Origin: Bacilli bacterium
Lineage (GTDB): Bacteria > Bacillota_I > Bacilli_A > RFN20 > CAG-826
Direction of reading: 5' to 3'
Length of the DNA: 64,000 nt
Assembly: GCA_022641095.1 (NCBI GenBank)
Contig: JALCDB010000004.1
Span: 28,773-92,772 of the forward strand
The notes under the pieces are model-generated. The model was not told the DNA's origin. It did no database searches and saw only the letters and a list, made by a program, of their open reading frames with translations. Below, piece after piece: positions 21,343 to 31,528 of the stretch. The translations under genes were made by a program, and so were the position numbers. Each line of letters starts with the position of its first letter. The first letter of the stretch is position 1.

Positions 21343-23646
21343 TTGATAATGACTAAAAGAAAAATGGCCATGAAAAGCCTCTTGGTTCTCAGCGTTTTGG
21401 GAACCGTCGCTTTGGCTTCTTGCCAGAAGGAATCTTCGTCTGGCACCTCTGGCGCTTCCAACGTTTCGACGAGCAACACCAGCGCCTCCTCAAGTTCATC
21501 CCAAGACCACTTTGTGGTGACGGGGTGGAGTTACGCTTCCGTCTATCAGGATTACGTCAACGCGACCAAAGACGACCAGATCACAACTGAGAAAAAGGAA
21601 CTGTATCAATTCATGACGAAGGATCCGTTCCATATCGGAAACCTGAATTCGCTTAACATGTTCCCCCTTATCGTCGCGGTTAATGTCGCTAACGGCGACG
21701 ATACGAAAATAATTACCGAATCCGATGATGTGAAAGTGAAGCTTTCTTCCTTAAGCGGAACCGAACTTGCCCTTGAGGATTATCTAGAGAACGTCGACGC
21801 GCTTAAAACCAAAGGCATAGTTAAATTCAAATCTGGGGTCTCGGGTGAATATTTGCTCACTTTCGCCTACACGGCAGCCACCTCTTTTATGCATGACATC
21901 GTCTATCACGTTGAAGTCGTTGACGGAGGTTACAACGTCACGACCGCCAACGAACTCGTGGCCATGAATAACCAAGTCGGGTCCGAGCCTAACCTTTATA
22001 TCGAGGCCAACGAAATCAAGAATTGGCTTAATGCCAAAGAAATCCCCGAAGTGGCCCAAAATGCCGATAAGTTCATCCTTCAGGGCGATTTTACCATCAA
22101 CAGCGAGAACATTCCCGATTGCTTTATGTGGGATCAGGCCGACCTTACGGCCAACGGCTGCACAAAAACCGATCTCATTGGCAGTCTGAAGGATAACGTC
22201 TACATCTATGAGCATGCCCTCAGCGAGGACAACCCCGATTTTGCCTTGTATGGCAATTTCCACCGAATCGTCCTCGGCACCCCAGGCATGGGCGAAGGCA
22301 AGTTCCCTTATATTATGTGGGACCGCAAATTCGTCACTGGCAGCCAGAAAGCCGATGGTCAGCCGACCGGAAAACTCATCAATTCGCACAGCACCCTCTT
22401 CGGAGAGGACCCCGACGGCAAAGGCTACCTTCTTTCCACGACGGCCGGAGACAATGTTTGCCAACCGTACACATCAACCATCAAAGACCTTTATTGCACG
22501 GGCAACGCCGGCAACGACACAACCTTCGATCCGACCTTATATGGTGGGCCTTCTTGGTTCAAGAGCCCCTTCAACTCCTTTATTGACAACTGCATAGTCA
22601 ACACGTTTTCTAGCGGCGTCGACAACAGCGGCCTTTCCGATTACAACTCCAGCAACGGCTACTATGAATTCCGTTGCCCGACTTGCGACATCGTGAATAC
22701 CCGCATGTACAATTCCTATTCGCTCATGATCCTTGGTTACCGAGCTGGCGAAACGAACATCAAGAATTGCGACATCCGCAACGCGGGTGGCCCGCTTCTT
22801 CTTGCGACCGCGCCTGACATCGACATGACCAAAAACGTGGGGCATCTTAACTACAGGCGCGTCGACATCAACGCCGACGCCAATTGCGGTCTTGAGAACT
22901 ACAGCGATGGCACAAAGGGATGGTTTGCTGAAAACGGCGCATCCGTGATGGTCGCTCAGTACAAGCTTTACAATAAATTCCTTTCCTACTCTCCAACCGC
23001 CTCGACTCCGGGTTTCAATGTGTCGTTCTTAAAAGATGATTCCGGTTCAGGCGATCCCTCGGTTGGCAAGATCGACTTCATTGGTCTCGTTCAGCCTGAC
23101 GCAAGCGACGCCGAAGGCGTTGCCGGCATTCCGGGCATCGGTCTTCCGCTTGGAAGCGTGAACGTTCAAACCATGGGCGAGGGCAAAATAATCAGCAACA
23201 TCGTCGACCAAGGCGCCGGCATGCAAACCGTTTCCGACGCTTTCTACGCCGCGGCGGCCGCTCCAAGCGATGCGAGCACCGCCGCTTACGTCAATTCGCT
23301 CAACACCACGGACTTCGGCGTTCTCTACGCCGCTCAGTTACAAGGCGCTTCAGTGACTGGCATGGGTGTCGTCATGCCACCGGTCTTCAAGGCCGTCGGT
23401 TCGGACGACGACGTCAATTTCATCGCTTCCGACGCGTCAACTTGCGCTTTCATGGCGGACAGGTTCACCGGCGGAACCGGCGGTTGGGACGCGAAGGCCC
23501 TCGCTCAGATTCAATCGGCTAAGATGGTTACCATTTATGGCTTTGGGCGTAGCGAGAACAACAATTGGCAGACAAGTTTCCCAACTTATAAGGGCGCTGC
23601 TCCTTATGGCGTCATCTTTGGTGGGCTTCATACTTATCTCGGCTAA
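21343..23646 (+). CDS. large lipoprotein (767 aa), unknown function
   Basis: The signal and lipobox read LSVLGTVALASC, followed by a Ser-rich linker. The body is Asn/Gly/Asp-rich. No catalytic motif was recognised. Confidence 0.7.
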   Translation: MIMTKRKMAMKSLLVLSVLGTVALASCQKESSSGTSGASNVSTSNTSASSSSSQDHFVVTGWSYASVYQDYVNATKDDQITTEKKELYQFMTKDPFHIGNLNSLNMFPLIVAVNVANGDDTKIITESDDVKVKLSSLSGTELALEDYLENVDALKTKGIVKFKSGVSGEYLLTFAYTAATSFMHDIVYHVEVVDGGYNVTTANELVAMNNQVGSEPNLYIEANEIKNWLNAKEIPEVAQNADKFILQGDFTINSENIPDCFMWDQADLTANGCTKTDLIGSLKDNVYIYEHALSEDNPDFALYGNFHRIVLGTPGMGEGKFPYIMWDRKFVTGSQKADGQPTGKLINSHSTLFGEDPDGKGYLLSTTAGDNVCQPYTSTIKDLYCTGNAGNDTTFDPTLYGGPSWFKSPFNSFIDNCIVNTFSSGVDNSGLSDYNSSNGYYEFRCPTCDIVNTRMYNSYSLMILGYRAGETNIKNCDIRNAGGPLLLATAPDIDMTKNVGHLNYRRVDINADANCGLENYSDGTKGWFAENGASVMVAQYKLYNKFLSYSPTASTPGFNVSFLKDDSGSGDPSVGKIDFIGLVQPDASDAEGVAGIPGIGLPLGSVNVQTMGEGKIISNIVDQGAGMQTVSDAFYAAAAAPSDASTAAYVNSLNTTDFGVLYAAQLQGASVTGMGVVMPPVFKAVGSDDDVNFIASDASTCAFMADRFTGGTGGWDAKALAQIQSAKMVTIYGFGRSENNNWQTSFPTYKGAAPYGVIFGGLHTYLG

Positions 23647-23665
23647 TTGCCGTTAGCGGCTTTCA

Positions 23666-23689
23666 GGGGCGGTCATCCGCCCCTTTTTT
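23666..23689 (+). terminator. rho-independent terminator
   Basis: The stem ggggcgg-tcat-ccgcccc is followed by tttttt. Confidence 0.85.
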
Positions 23690-23750
23690 CGCCTTCGGCG
23701 GAAATCCTTTGTTTTATAGCCGTATTCCGTAGGGCTATAATAAATCCACT

Positions 23751-25784
23751 ATGACCAACACTCTTCATCGGCTACGCGTTTGGACATTCGTCATTTTCAC
23801 CCTTGAGATCCTCATCACGGGGACTTTGGCGCTCTTTTGGTTTTTCGATTGGTATCATTTTCAGGAATACATGACCGTCGGTTATATCATCCTCATTTTC
23901 GCCGGCTTTCTCATTGTGGACGCTTTGTTTTGCTGGCTTAGTTTCGTCAAAATCGCCCTCGTTCGCCAGAAGAACGACCTTGAGGCCGCGGTGCTGGTTG
24001 GCAACGACGTCCAAGAAGCCTATGACTTTGGGCAGATTGGCTTGGCGGTGGTGGACGAAAACAATGTCGTCATGTGGGCCAATGGCCTTTTCAAGCAGCG
24101 TCAGATCGATCTCATCGACGCCGACTTATTCGAATTGATGCCCGATTTGAAAGATCTTGTCAACGCCCCCGTCAACAAGGTCGTGAAGATTGAGCTTAAG
24201 GGCCGCGATTACGAGGTCAAGTATCTGAGCGAGCCACGCCTATTCATCTTCAAGGACTGCACGGAGTACGATAACGTCGAGAGTTACAGCAAAGAGCAAG
24301 CCGGAGCCCTTGGCATCATCGTCATCGACAATTACAACGACTTCGCAAGCGAAACCGATGAGAGCGCCGACGTTGTCAACAAAGTCCGTAGCATCATTAC
24401 CGACTACTTTCGCGATTTCGGCGTACTTCTCCGGCGAGTCGGAAGCGACACGTACTTCGCCGTTTGCAATTACGCATCTCTGAAAAAACTTGAGGATGAC
24501 GAATTCTCCATCTTGGAGAAAGTCCGCCAGACTGGAAAGATCGGCGAAAAAGACACATCGCTCACCCTCTCCATAGGCTTTGCCCATGATTTCCCGGACG
24601 TTCACAAACTCAACGAAATGGCAACCGATGCCCTCAATATCGCGCATAGTCGTGGCGGAGATCAAGCCGTCGTGAGCCCTTACGGAGCCGAGTTGCGTTT
24701 CTTTGGTGGGAAAACCGCCGCGGTCGAGAGCGCGAGCAAAGTCAAGGTTCGTTCCGTCGCCGACTCCATTATTTCGCTCATCAAAGGCGCGTCGAACGTC
24801 TTCATCATGGGCCATACCGAGATGGACATGGACTCTTTGGGCGCTTCGCTCGGAATCATGGCCATGTGCGAGTGGTGCCATAAGTCAAGTCGGATCGTCT
24901 ATAACCCGAAACTTGCCGAGAAGAAGACCAGAATGGCTTTGCAGGACGCTTTCACGCGCGAAGCTTACGATCGCATGACTATCAGCCCCGATGATGCGCT
25001 TGGCCAAATCAGCGCTTCGTCTTTACTCGTCATCGTTGACATATCGCGCCCATCCATGGTCTTGGCCCCGAAGGTCCTTGAAGAAGCCTCCAAGGTCGTC
25101 GTCATCGATCACCATCGTCGGTCCGAGGAATTCATCGATCGGCCAGTCCTCGCCTCCATCGAGCCGAGCGCTTCCAGCGCTTCCGAACTTGTGGCCGAGA
25201 TGATTCGTTATGCGACCGCCAACCCGCGCATCGAACTGAAACCCACTTTTGCGACCATCATGCTCGCGGGTATTTTTCTTGACAGCAACTATTTTAAGAG
25301 CAAATCGACCGGCATGAAGACTTTCGAGGCCGCCGAAGTGCTTAAGGACTACGGGGCTGACAACAGCGTCGCCGACGATTACCTGAAAGACGAGTTTGAG
25401 GAATATAGCCTCATCACCAAGATTATCTCGACTATGCAGGTACCCTATTACGGCATCGTTTACTGCGTGGGCGACGAGCACGATATCATTGAACGGAGCA
25501 TGCTCGCGAAAGTCGCGAATCAGGTAATGCAGCTTAAAGGCATCAACGCTTGTTTCGTCGTCGGCAAGACGGAGGAGAAAGTCATTCGCATCTCAGCTCG
25601 CAGCGACGGTACGATCAACGTTCAGCTTTTGTGCGAGAAGATGGGGGGAGGCGGGCACTTCACGAGCGCGGCCGCCATCTTCCCGGGGCAAACGATCGAC
25701 AAAGTCGTCAAGACCATGACGGATACCCTCGATCAGTATCTCGACACGGCCCGCAATTCCGTTAATCAAGAAGGAGCAAATTAA
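23751..25784 (+). CDS. gdpP: GdpP/YybT-like DHH-DHHA1 phosphodiesterase (c-di-AMP)
   Basis: 677 aa. It has two N-terminal TM helices, a PAS-like region and a degenerate GGDEF-like region. DHH motifs (IMGHTEMDMDSLG, VVIDHH) and DHHA1 GGGGH are present. The gene sits upstream of rplI-dnaB as in Bacillus. Confidence 0.85.
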   Translation: MTNTLHRLRVWTFVIFTLEILITGTLALFWFFDWYHFQEYMTVGYIILIFAGFLIVDALFCWLSFVKIALVRQKNDLEAAVLVGNDVQEAYDFGQIGLAVVDENNVVMWANGLFKQRQIDLIDADLFELMPDLKDLVNAPVNKVVKIELKGRDYEVKYLSEPRLFIFKDCTEYDNVESYSKEQAGALGIIVIDNYNDFASETDESADVVNKVRSIITDYFRDFGVLLRRVGSDTYFAVCNYASLKKLEDDEFSILEKVRQTGKIGEKDTSLTLSIGFAHDFPDVHKLNEMATDALNIAHSRGGDQAVVSPYGAELRFFGGKTAAVESASKVKVRSVADSIISLIKGASNVFIMGHTEMDMDSLGASLGIMAMCEWCHKSSRIVYNPKLAEKKTRMALQDAFTREAYDRMTISPDDALGQISASSLLVIVDISRPSMVLAPKVLEEASKVVVIDHHRRSEEFIDRPVLASIEPSASSASELVAEMIRYATANPRIELKPTFATIMLAGIFLDSNYFKSKSTGMKTFEAAEVLKDYGADNSVADDYLKDEFEEYSLITKIISTMQVPYYGIVYCVGDEHDIIERSMLAKVANQVMQLKGINACFVVGKTEEKVIRISARSDGTINVQLLCEKMGGGGHFTSAAAIFPGQTIDKVVKTMTDTLDQYLDTARNSVNQEGAN

Positions 25785-25785
25785 T

Positions 25786-26247
25786 ATGAAGGTCATTCTT
25801 TTGGTCGATCAAGCCAAATTAGGCAAGAAAGGCGATATCATCGTCGTGAGCGACGGGTATGCCACGAACTATCTTATCCCGCACCGTCTGGCCGTCGTTT
25901 CGACGGCCGCCGCTCAGCAGAATCTCGCGAAGCAAAACGCCGAAGAGATAGCTCGCCAAACGGCTTTGAAGGCGAAAGCCGAGAAACTAGCGGCTCGCCT
26001 TGAGAGCCTCAATGTCGAGTTCACCGCCAAAGTTGGAAGCGACGGGCGCATGTTCGGCACCATCTCGCCAAAGCAGATCGAGGAGGGGCTCAAAAAGCAG
26101 TGGGGCATCGTGATCGACCGCCGCAAATTCATTGATAAGTATCCGGCTAACGGCCTTGGTTACACGCGCCTGAAAATCGAATTGTACAAGGGCAGCAAAG
26201 GCCAAGTCGTCGGTACGGTTAACGTTCACATCAGCGAGGATAAATAA
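25786..26247 (+). CDS. rplI: 50S ribosomal protein L9
   Basis: The sequence MKVILLVDQAKLGKKGDIIVVSDGYATNYLIP matches L9. Confidence 0.95.
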   Translation: MKVILLVDQAKLGKKGDIIVVSDGYATNYLIPHRLAVVSTAAAQQNLAKQNAEEIARQTALKAKAEKLAARLESLNVEFTAKVGSDGRMFGTISPKQIEEGLKKQWGIVIDRRKFIDKYPANGLGYTRLKIELYKGSKGQVVGTVNVHISEDK

Positions 26248-26248
26248 C

Positions 26249-27721
26249 ATGGCCGAAGTCGTTTTGCCGCATAACGAAGAAGCCGAGAAAGCCGTTTTGG
26301 GAGCCTTGCTGACCGACAGCGACGCCGCCGCGGTCGTTTTGGCTTCGCTCGTGGAGGACAATTTTTTTTCCGAAAAGAACAAACTTGTTTTCAAGGCGGG
26401 TTTGGAAATCTCCAACCAGCAGTCCATCATCGATCCGACCACGATGACGGCCGAACTCAAGAACATGAAAATTTTCGAGGATGTCGGCGGGGCCGATTAT
26501 CTCATGGAACTCGTCCAAAGTTGCATCAACCCCGACAACATCGATCACTATATCAAAATCGTCAAGGATCAGGCCGTTCTTCGCAATTATCTGCTTCGCA
26601 TGAAGTCCTTTGAGGACGCTTATGCGCAAGGCGGAATCGATGATATAGGCGCTTTTATCCAACAATCGACCGCCGAACTCACCCAAATCGCCGCCGGTCG
26701 CACCATCGGCGAGTTCAAGCCCGCCTCCGAGATCGCGGAGGCGGTGAGCAAGCAGATCGCCATGGCCTCCAATCAGGGCAACAAATCCCTTATCGGCGTG
26801 GACACGGGCTACACTCGCCTCAACAAGTTCACCCATGGTTGGCAGAAAGGCGATCTTATCGTTTTGGCCGCCCGGCCTTCCGTCGGCAAAACGGCTTTCG
26901 CGATCAACCTTGCTTTCAATGCCGCCAACCACGAGAAAAAGCCGGTCGCTTTCTTTTCTTGCGAGATGGACGGAGGCCAGATCATGCGCCGCCTTATCAG
27001 CAGCGAATCGATGGTCAATAGCGAGCATATTCAAACGGGCGATCTCCGCGGGCCTGAGATGGCCAAAATCGCCTCGGCGGTCGATAATCTTAAGAAAACC
27101 ACCCTTTATTTCGATGACACGGCCAACCCCAGACTCGGCGATTTGCTCGCCAAAACTCGTAAGCTCAAAAGCGCTCATCCGGATCTGTGCCTTATCGTCA
27201 TCGATTATTTGAATCTCATTAGTCCCGAAGGGAAATACAGTTCCCGCCAGGAAGAGGTTTCGCTCGTCACGAGAAGCCTCAAGCAATTGGCGCGCGACCT
27301 TAAGGTCCCAGTCATCGCCTTGGCCCAACTCAACCGCAACGTCGAGCAGAACGAAGGGCAGGTCCCGATGTTGAGTAACCTCAAGGAATCGGGTTCCATC
27401 GAACAGGACGCCGACATCGTCATCCTTATGTATCGCACTGATTATCAGCAGGCGATCGGCCTTAAGGGCAAGGAAAAGCCGGATCACAGCCCTTACGTTC
27501 AAAACCTCACCGATCATGTCAAAGAGGTCAAAGCGGCGGGGCAGGACAAGAACGGCATCTCGGTCGTCAATTTCTCAATCGCCAAGAACCGCAATGGCCG
27601 CATCGGCAACTTCGTTTTGATGTTTAGCAAAAATTTCTCCCGCTTCGACAATCCCCAACCCGGCTTTGAGCAAAAGGCCGCGGCCGCGAACGGCATCACG
27701 TTTTCCCCGGACGAGGAATAA
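26249..27721 (+). CDS. dnaB: replicative DNA helicase
   Basis: 490 aa. The N-terminal PHNEEAEKAVLGALL motif is present, with Walker A ARPSVGKT, Walker B IVIDYL, and LSNLKESGSIEQDAD. Confidence 0.96.
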   Translation: MAEVVLPHNEEAEKAVLGALLTDSDAAAVVLASLVEDNFFSEKNKLVFKAGLEISNQQSIIDPTTMTAELKNMKIFEDVGGADYLMELVQSCINPDNIDHYIKIVKDQAVLRNYLLRMKSFEDAYAQGGIDDIGAFIQQSTAELTQIAAGRTIGEFKPASEIAEAVSKQIAMASNQGNKSLIGVDTGYTRLNKFTHGWQKGDLIVLAARPSVGKTAFAINLAFNAANHEKKPVAFFSCEMDGGQIMRRLISSESMVNSEHIQTGDLRGPEMAKIASAVDNLKKTTLYFDDTANPRLGDLLAKTRKLKSAHPDLCLIVIDYLNLISPEGKYSSRQEEVSLVTRSLKQLARDLKVPVIALAQLNRNVEQNEGQVPMLSNLKESGSIEQDADIVILMYRTDYQQAIGLKGKEKPDHSPYVQNLTDHVKEVKAAGQDKNGISVVNFSIAKNRNGRIGNFVLMFSKNFSRFDNPQPGFEQKAAAANGITFSPDEE

Positions 27722-27722
27722 G

Positions 27723-28472
27723 ATGATTCGTTTCGATATTTTGGGATCGGGCTCCAAAGGCAACGCGACCCTCGTTTACGATGAGACCACCCTCTTCCAA
27801 ATCGATATGGGGATTTCTTTGAAGCGCGTCAAAATGGGCCTTCTCGACATTCATCGATCCCTTTCGGACATTAAGGGCGTTCTTATAACCCATGAGCACA
27901 GCGACCATATCGGAACGCTTGGGTTGCTGCCATCCTCAATTCCCGTCTACTCTGGGGAAGGAACGTTGAAGGGACACTACCGAACCATCGAAAACGAAAC
28001 GCCTTTTTCGATTGGGGATTTCACGATTTTCCCGTTATCGACGAGCCATGATGCCAAAAATCCGATGGGTTTCCTTGTTTCCCATGCCGACGAGAAGCTC
28101 GTTTACATAACCGACACCGGTTGCGTTCCTGAGGGGGACCTGCCCTTCATGCGGGACGCCGATTACTATATTTTCGAGAGCAACCATGACTATCGGATGC
28201 TCATGGAAAGTTCGCGTCCGCCCGTTTTGAAACGCCGGATCCATGGCGATCATGGGCATCTATCCAACGCCGAGAGCGCCCTCTGCCTGTCTTCCCTTGT
28301 GGGCTCGGGCACGAAAGCCATCTATTTGGCTCACATCAGCGAGGAGTGCAACAGCGAGAAGATAGCTTTCGAGACGTACCGCAAAGTCTTTTCGCGTCGC
28401 CATAAAAGCCTGGAAGGAATTCGTCTTGTTTGCGCTAAACAATGGGAGCCCACGAAAGGCGGCGACGAATGA
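27723..28472 (+). CDS. MBL-fold metallo-hydrolase (YycJ/WalJ-like)
   Basis: The HEHSDH zinc motif is present. The ATG at 27723 lies just after the dnaB stop, and the upstream ORF extension overlaps dnaB. Confidence 0.8.
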   Translation: MIRFDILGSGSKGNATLVYDETTLFQIDMGISLKRVKMGLLDIHRSLSDIKGVLITHEHSDHIGTLGLLPSSIPVYSGEGTLKGHYRTIENETPFSIGDFTIFPLSTSHDAKNPMGFLVSHADEKLVYITDTGCVPEGDLPFMRDADYYIFESNHDYRMLMESSRPPVLKRRIHGDHGHLSNAESALCLSSLVGSGTKAIYLAHISEECNSEKIAFETYRKVFSRRHKSLEGIRLVCAKQWEPTKGGDE

Positions 28473-28948
28473 ATATCACCATTTTGTGCGTCGGCCGCCT
28501 TAAGGAAGCCTATTGGAAGGAAGCCGAGGCCGAATACCTAAAAAGGCTAAGCGCTTATGCGCGCGTGAAAGTGATCGAACTCGATGACCTCCCCACCAAA
28601 GGGAAGGCTTCCTTAAAAGAAGAAGCAATTACGAAGGAAAAGGAAGGCGAAAAAGTGCTTTCGCGTCTTAAGCCTTCCGACTTCGTGTGTCTGCTCGATT
28701 TGGGAAAGAAAGAGCCAACCTCGCCCGAGTTCGCCCTCCAAATGAGGGAAATGATCGTCCGCGGAGGGGCTTCCCTCACGTTCGTTATCGGAGGTTCGCT
28801 CGGATTGGGCGAAAACCTCAAACGCCGTGGGAATGCGTCGGTTTCCCTTTCTAAGCTCACGTTTCCCCATCAACTCGCCCGAATCGTTTTGCTGGAGCAA
28901 ATCTATCGCAACTTCAAAATCTTAGCGGGCGAACCCTATCACAAATAA
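28469..28948 (+). CDS. rlmH: 23S rRNA (pseudouridine1915-N3)-methyltransferase
   Basis: 159 aa. The sequence MNITILCVGRLKEAYW... and the C-terminal SPOUT knot GGSLG..LSKLTFPHQL match RlmH. Its ATG overlaps the upstream TGA. Confidence 0.9.
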   Translation: MNITILCVGRLKEAYWKEAEAEYLKRLSAYARVKVIELDDLPTKGKASLKEEAITKEKEGEKVLSRLKPSDFVCLLDLGKKEPTSPEFALQMREMIVRGGASLTFVIGGSLGLGENLKRRGNASVSLSKLTFPHQLARIVLLEQIYRNFKILAGEPYHK

Positions 28949-28960
28949 AAGGCGACCCCA

Positions 28961-29770
28961 TCAATCGATGAGGTCGAAATGACGTACCGCTTTCGCCCAT
29001 CCGTCGTCATCGATGTCGGCTGTGACGTAGTCGGCGATCCCCTTGACTTCGGGAAGGGCGTTGCCCATCGCGATCGAGGTTCCGGTGAAGAGCAGCATTT
29101 CGGTATCGTTGAGCGCGTCTCCTAAGGACAAGGCGTTTCGCTGAGCCCAGCCATAGTATTCAAGGACCGCCATGATGCCTTTGGCTTTGTCGCTGTCCTT
29201 GGGCATAATATCGACCGCGTATTCATCCCAACGGGCCGCTTTGCAACTCTGGAGGTGGGGCAGGAAGAGACTCTCGTCGAACTCGTCGCAGAAGGCGATC
29301 ATTTGGTAGACCATGCGATCGTAGGGAATCGGGAATTTTCGGGGTTGTGGGAAACGGGTGCCGTATTTGGCATGGGCATCGATGACTCGGTCATCGATCA
29401 TGTTGATGTGCCCCTCTTTCTCTTCGATGAGGGTAAGGCCGAATTTGAGGCGATAGGAAAATTTGATCATGGCGTTCACGACGCTGTTGGGTATCGGATA
29501 TTTGTAGATGACGTGATCGCCGACCGCGGAAGCCGCGCCGTTCATCATGACGATGCCGTCGGGATGGACGATGTCGAGGATGCCGGTTTTGCGGATAAGG
29601 TAGTAGTTGCGGCCCGAACTCAGGAACACCTTGATGCCTTTCCTTTGCATTTCCTTAATGGCCGCGACGGCGCTTGGGGGGACCTGATTCGTCTTATGCG
29701 AAAACAGCGTCCCATCGATGTCGGTGAAGACGATTTTGATGTCTTTTTTCGCCGTTTCCGCTTTTCCCAT
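28961..29770 (-). CDS. Cof-type HAD-IIB phosphatase
   Basis: Motif I is FTDIDGTLF and the C-terminal motif is GDALNDTEML. The start may be TTG 29797 or ATG 29770. Confidence 0.85.
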   Translation of the reverse strand: MGKAETAKKDIKIVFTDIDGTLFSHKTNQVPPSAVAAIKEMQRKGIKVFLSSGRNYYLIRKTGILDIVHPDGIVMMNGAASAVGDHVIYKYPIPNSVVNAMIKFSYRLKFGLTLIEEKEGHINMIDDRVIDAHAKYGTRFPQPRKFPIPYDRMVYQMIAFCDEFDESLFLPHLQSCKAARWDEYAVDIMPKDSDKAKGIMAVLEYYGWAQRNALSLGDALNDTEMLLFTGTSIAMGNALPEVKGIADYVTADIDDDGWAKAVRHFDLID

Positions 29771-29826
29771 CGTTCCGTTGATTCCTTTAATCCCCAATCT
29801 GGTCTATTATTTATTTCGATAACTCT

Positions 29827-30165
29827 ATGCTCTACCCCGAATTTAAGCAATACAAATCGTTCTACGACAAGTCTAACCCCCTTTGCAACGCTTACCAAAG
29901 CGAAACGGGAGCCGTTTTCTACGTCGAGCCATCTTTTTATGCGGGTTTGCGCGGGTTTGAGGAAAAGCGTCCGAATGATTTTCCGGCCATAATGAAGCGA
30001 ATCGGCGAAATCGTCGAAAGCAACCGCGAAGTCGTCTTCGTAGGCGATTTTGAACACCCTTTCGTGAACAAGGATGGTTTCGTTTATCGGGAGATCGGCG
30101 ATATCGCCGATCAGTTAGGCGTTTTCGTCGAGGATAAAAACCGTCCTAGCGACTATGGGGATTAA
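29827..30165 (+). CDS. hypothetical protein (112 aa)
   Basis: The ORF has no overlap with neighbouring genes and is co-directional with ugd. No motif was recognised. Confidence 0.45.
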   Translation: MLYPEFKQYKSFYDKSNPLCNAYQSETGAVFYVEPSFYAGLRGFEEKRPNDFPAIMKRIGEIVESNREVVFVGDFEHPFVNKDGFVYREIGDIADQLGVFVEDKNRPSDYGD

Positions 30166-30166
30166 G

Positions 30167-31480
30167 ATGAAAGTCACCGTTATCGCTTTAGGCTATGTCG
30201 GACTCGCCAATGCGGTCGTTTTGTCTGAGCGCGGATTTGACGTCGTGGCCTACGACAATGACGCCGCGAAAATCGCCGAGTTGAAGAAAGGCAAAGCGCC
30301 TTTTGACGAGGCGGGTTTAAGCGTCGCTCTCTATAAGAACCGGAAGCGTATTTCTTTCACGAACGACGAGAAGGAAGCCTATACCTCAAGCAATGTTTTC
30401 TTCGTCGCGGTGGATACGCCGGCTTTGCCGGATGGGGGTTCGAATCTCACCCATCTTAACGAAGTCGTCTCCTGCGTCGAGAAATACGTTAAAGAAGAAT
30501 CGTTTCTCGTTATCCGAAGCACCGTCCCCGTGGGGACGAACGGAAAACTGTCGGCTTCCGTGAAATCCCTTTCCGGGGCTCGAATCCACATCGTTTCGAA
30601 CCCGGAGTTCTTGGCCGAAGGGCGCGCCTTGCTTGAGGAACGCTCGCCTTCGCGGATCGTCATCGGTTCGAACGAGAAGGCAAGTCGTGACTTGTTAAGG
30701 GTCCTTTACCGGAAAGCCATATCTTCCGGCGTCCCTTATTATGAGATGGATCCCGCTTCGGCCGAATTCGTCAAATACGCGAGCAATCTGTTTTTGGCTC
30801 TTAAGATTTCCTATGTGAATGAGTTGGCGCGCTTAGCCGAACCGCTCGGGGCCGATATCGGCGCGGTGACTTTGGCGATGGGCGCCGATCCGCGGATCGG
30901 CCACTCGATGACCAAAGCCGGCGTCGGTTATGGCGGGGCGTGTCTTCCTAAAGACGGCTCAGCCCTTCAGCGGGAAGCCAAAGAACTTGGCTTCCGTCTG
31001 TCGCTTGTGGAAGATGCTTCGCTCGTCAATCAGACTCAGCCTTTCTTCTTTTATCAGAAAATCGTGAAGAGACTTGGCCCCCTTTCCAACAAGAAAGTCG
31101 CGGTTCTTGGCTTATCTTTCAAGGCAGGAACCTCCGATGTCCGCCACACGGTGGCCGACTATTTCGTGAAAAGCTTGTTGAAGGACGGGGCGGAAGTCCG
31201 TTCATACGATCCGTCCGCGAAAGCCAGAAAAGCCTTCTCCGGCCTCGTTGCCGTCTCACATAAGCACATCATTGCCTCAACGCTCGAAGCAGCTCTCACG
31301 GGCGCGGACGCGATTCTGATTCTCACGGAAGACGAGGCTTTTGCCTCGTTGGACGAAAACAAACTTCTTCGTGCGATGTCGGGACGTTTCATTTTCGATG
31401 GACGCAATCTTTATGACACCAGGCACTTCCGCTATTTTGACTACGTGTCCGTCGGACGCGCTGAGCATAAGCCTCGATGA
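30167..31480 (+). CDS. ugd: UDP-glucose 6-dehydrogenase
   Basis: The Rossmann motif MKVTVIALGYVGL is present with catalytic region GYGGACLPKD. Length is typical of the UDPGDH family. Confidence 0.9.
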   Translation: MKVTVIALGYVGLANAVVLSERGFDVVAYDNDAAKIAELKKGKAPFDEAGLSVALYKNRKRISFTNDEKEAYTSSNVFFVAVDTPALPDGGSNLTHLNEVVSCVEKYVKEESFLVIRSTVPVGTNGKLSASVKSLSGARIHIVSNPEFLAEGRALLEERSPSRIVIGSNEKASRDLLRVLYRKAISSGVPYYEMDPASAEFVKYASNLFLALKISYVNELARLAEPLGADIGAVTLAMGADPRIGHSMTKAGVGYGGACLPKDGSALQREAKELGFRLSLVEDASLVNQTQPFFFYQKIVKRLGPLSNKKVAVLGLSFKAGTSDVRHTVADYFVKSLLKDGAEVRSYDPSAKARKAFSGLVAVSHKHIIASTLEAALTGADAILILTEDEAFASLDENKLLRAMSGRFIFDGRNLYDTRHFRYFDYVSVGRAEHKPR

Positions 31481-31489
31481 CGTCGAAAG

Positions 31490-31526
31490 AAAAAACCATT
31501 GGCATTGACCAATGGTTTTCTTTTTG
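31490..31526. terminator. bidirectional terminator between convergent genes
   Basis: The stem aaccattgg-cattga-ccaatggtt is flanked by A-runs and T-runs. Confidence 0.75.
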
Positions 31527-31528
31527 CT

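Noticed and set aside
26231-27517. A 428-aa ORF lies antisense to dnaB.
   Set aside because: It is the mirror of the dnaB frame and has no RBS or motif. The same reasoning applies to the other long antisense ORFs inside ABC, lysS, eno and gdpP genes.
29255-29992. A 245-aa + strand ORF overlaps the Cof hydrolase gene and the 112-aa ORF.
   Set aside because: It is antisense to a well-supported HAD phosphatase and has no recognisable motifs.
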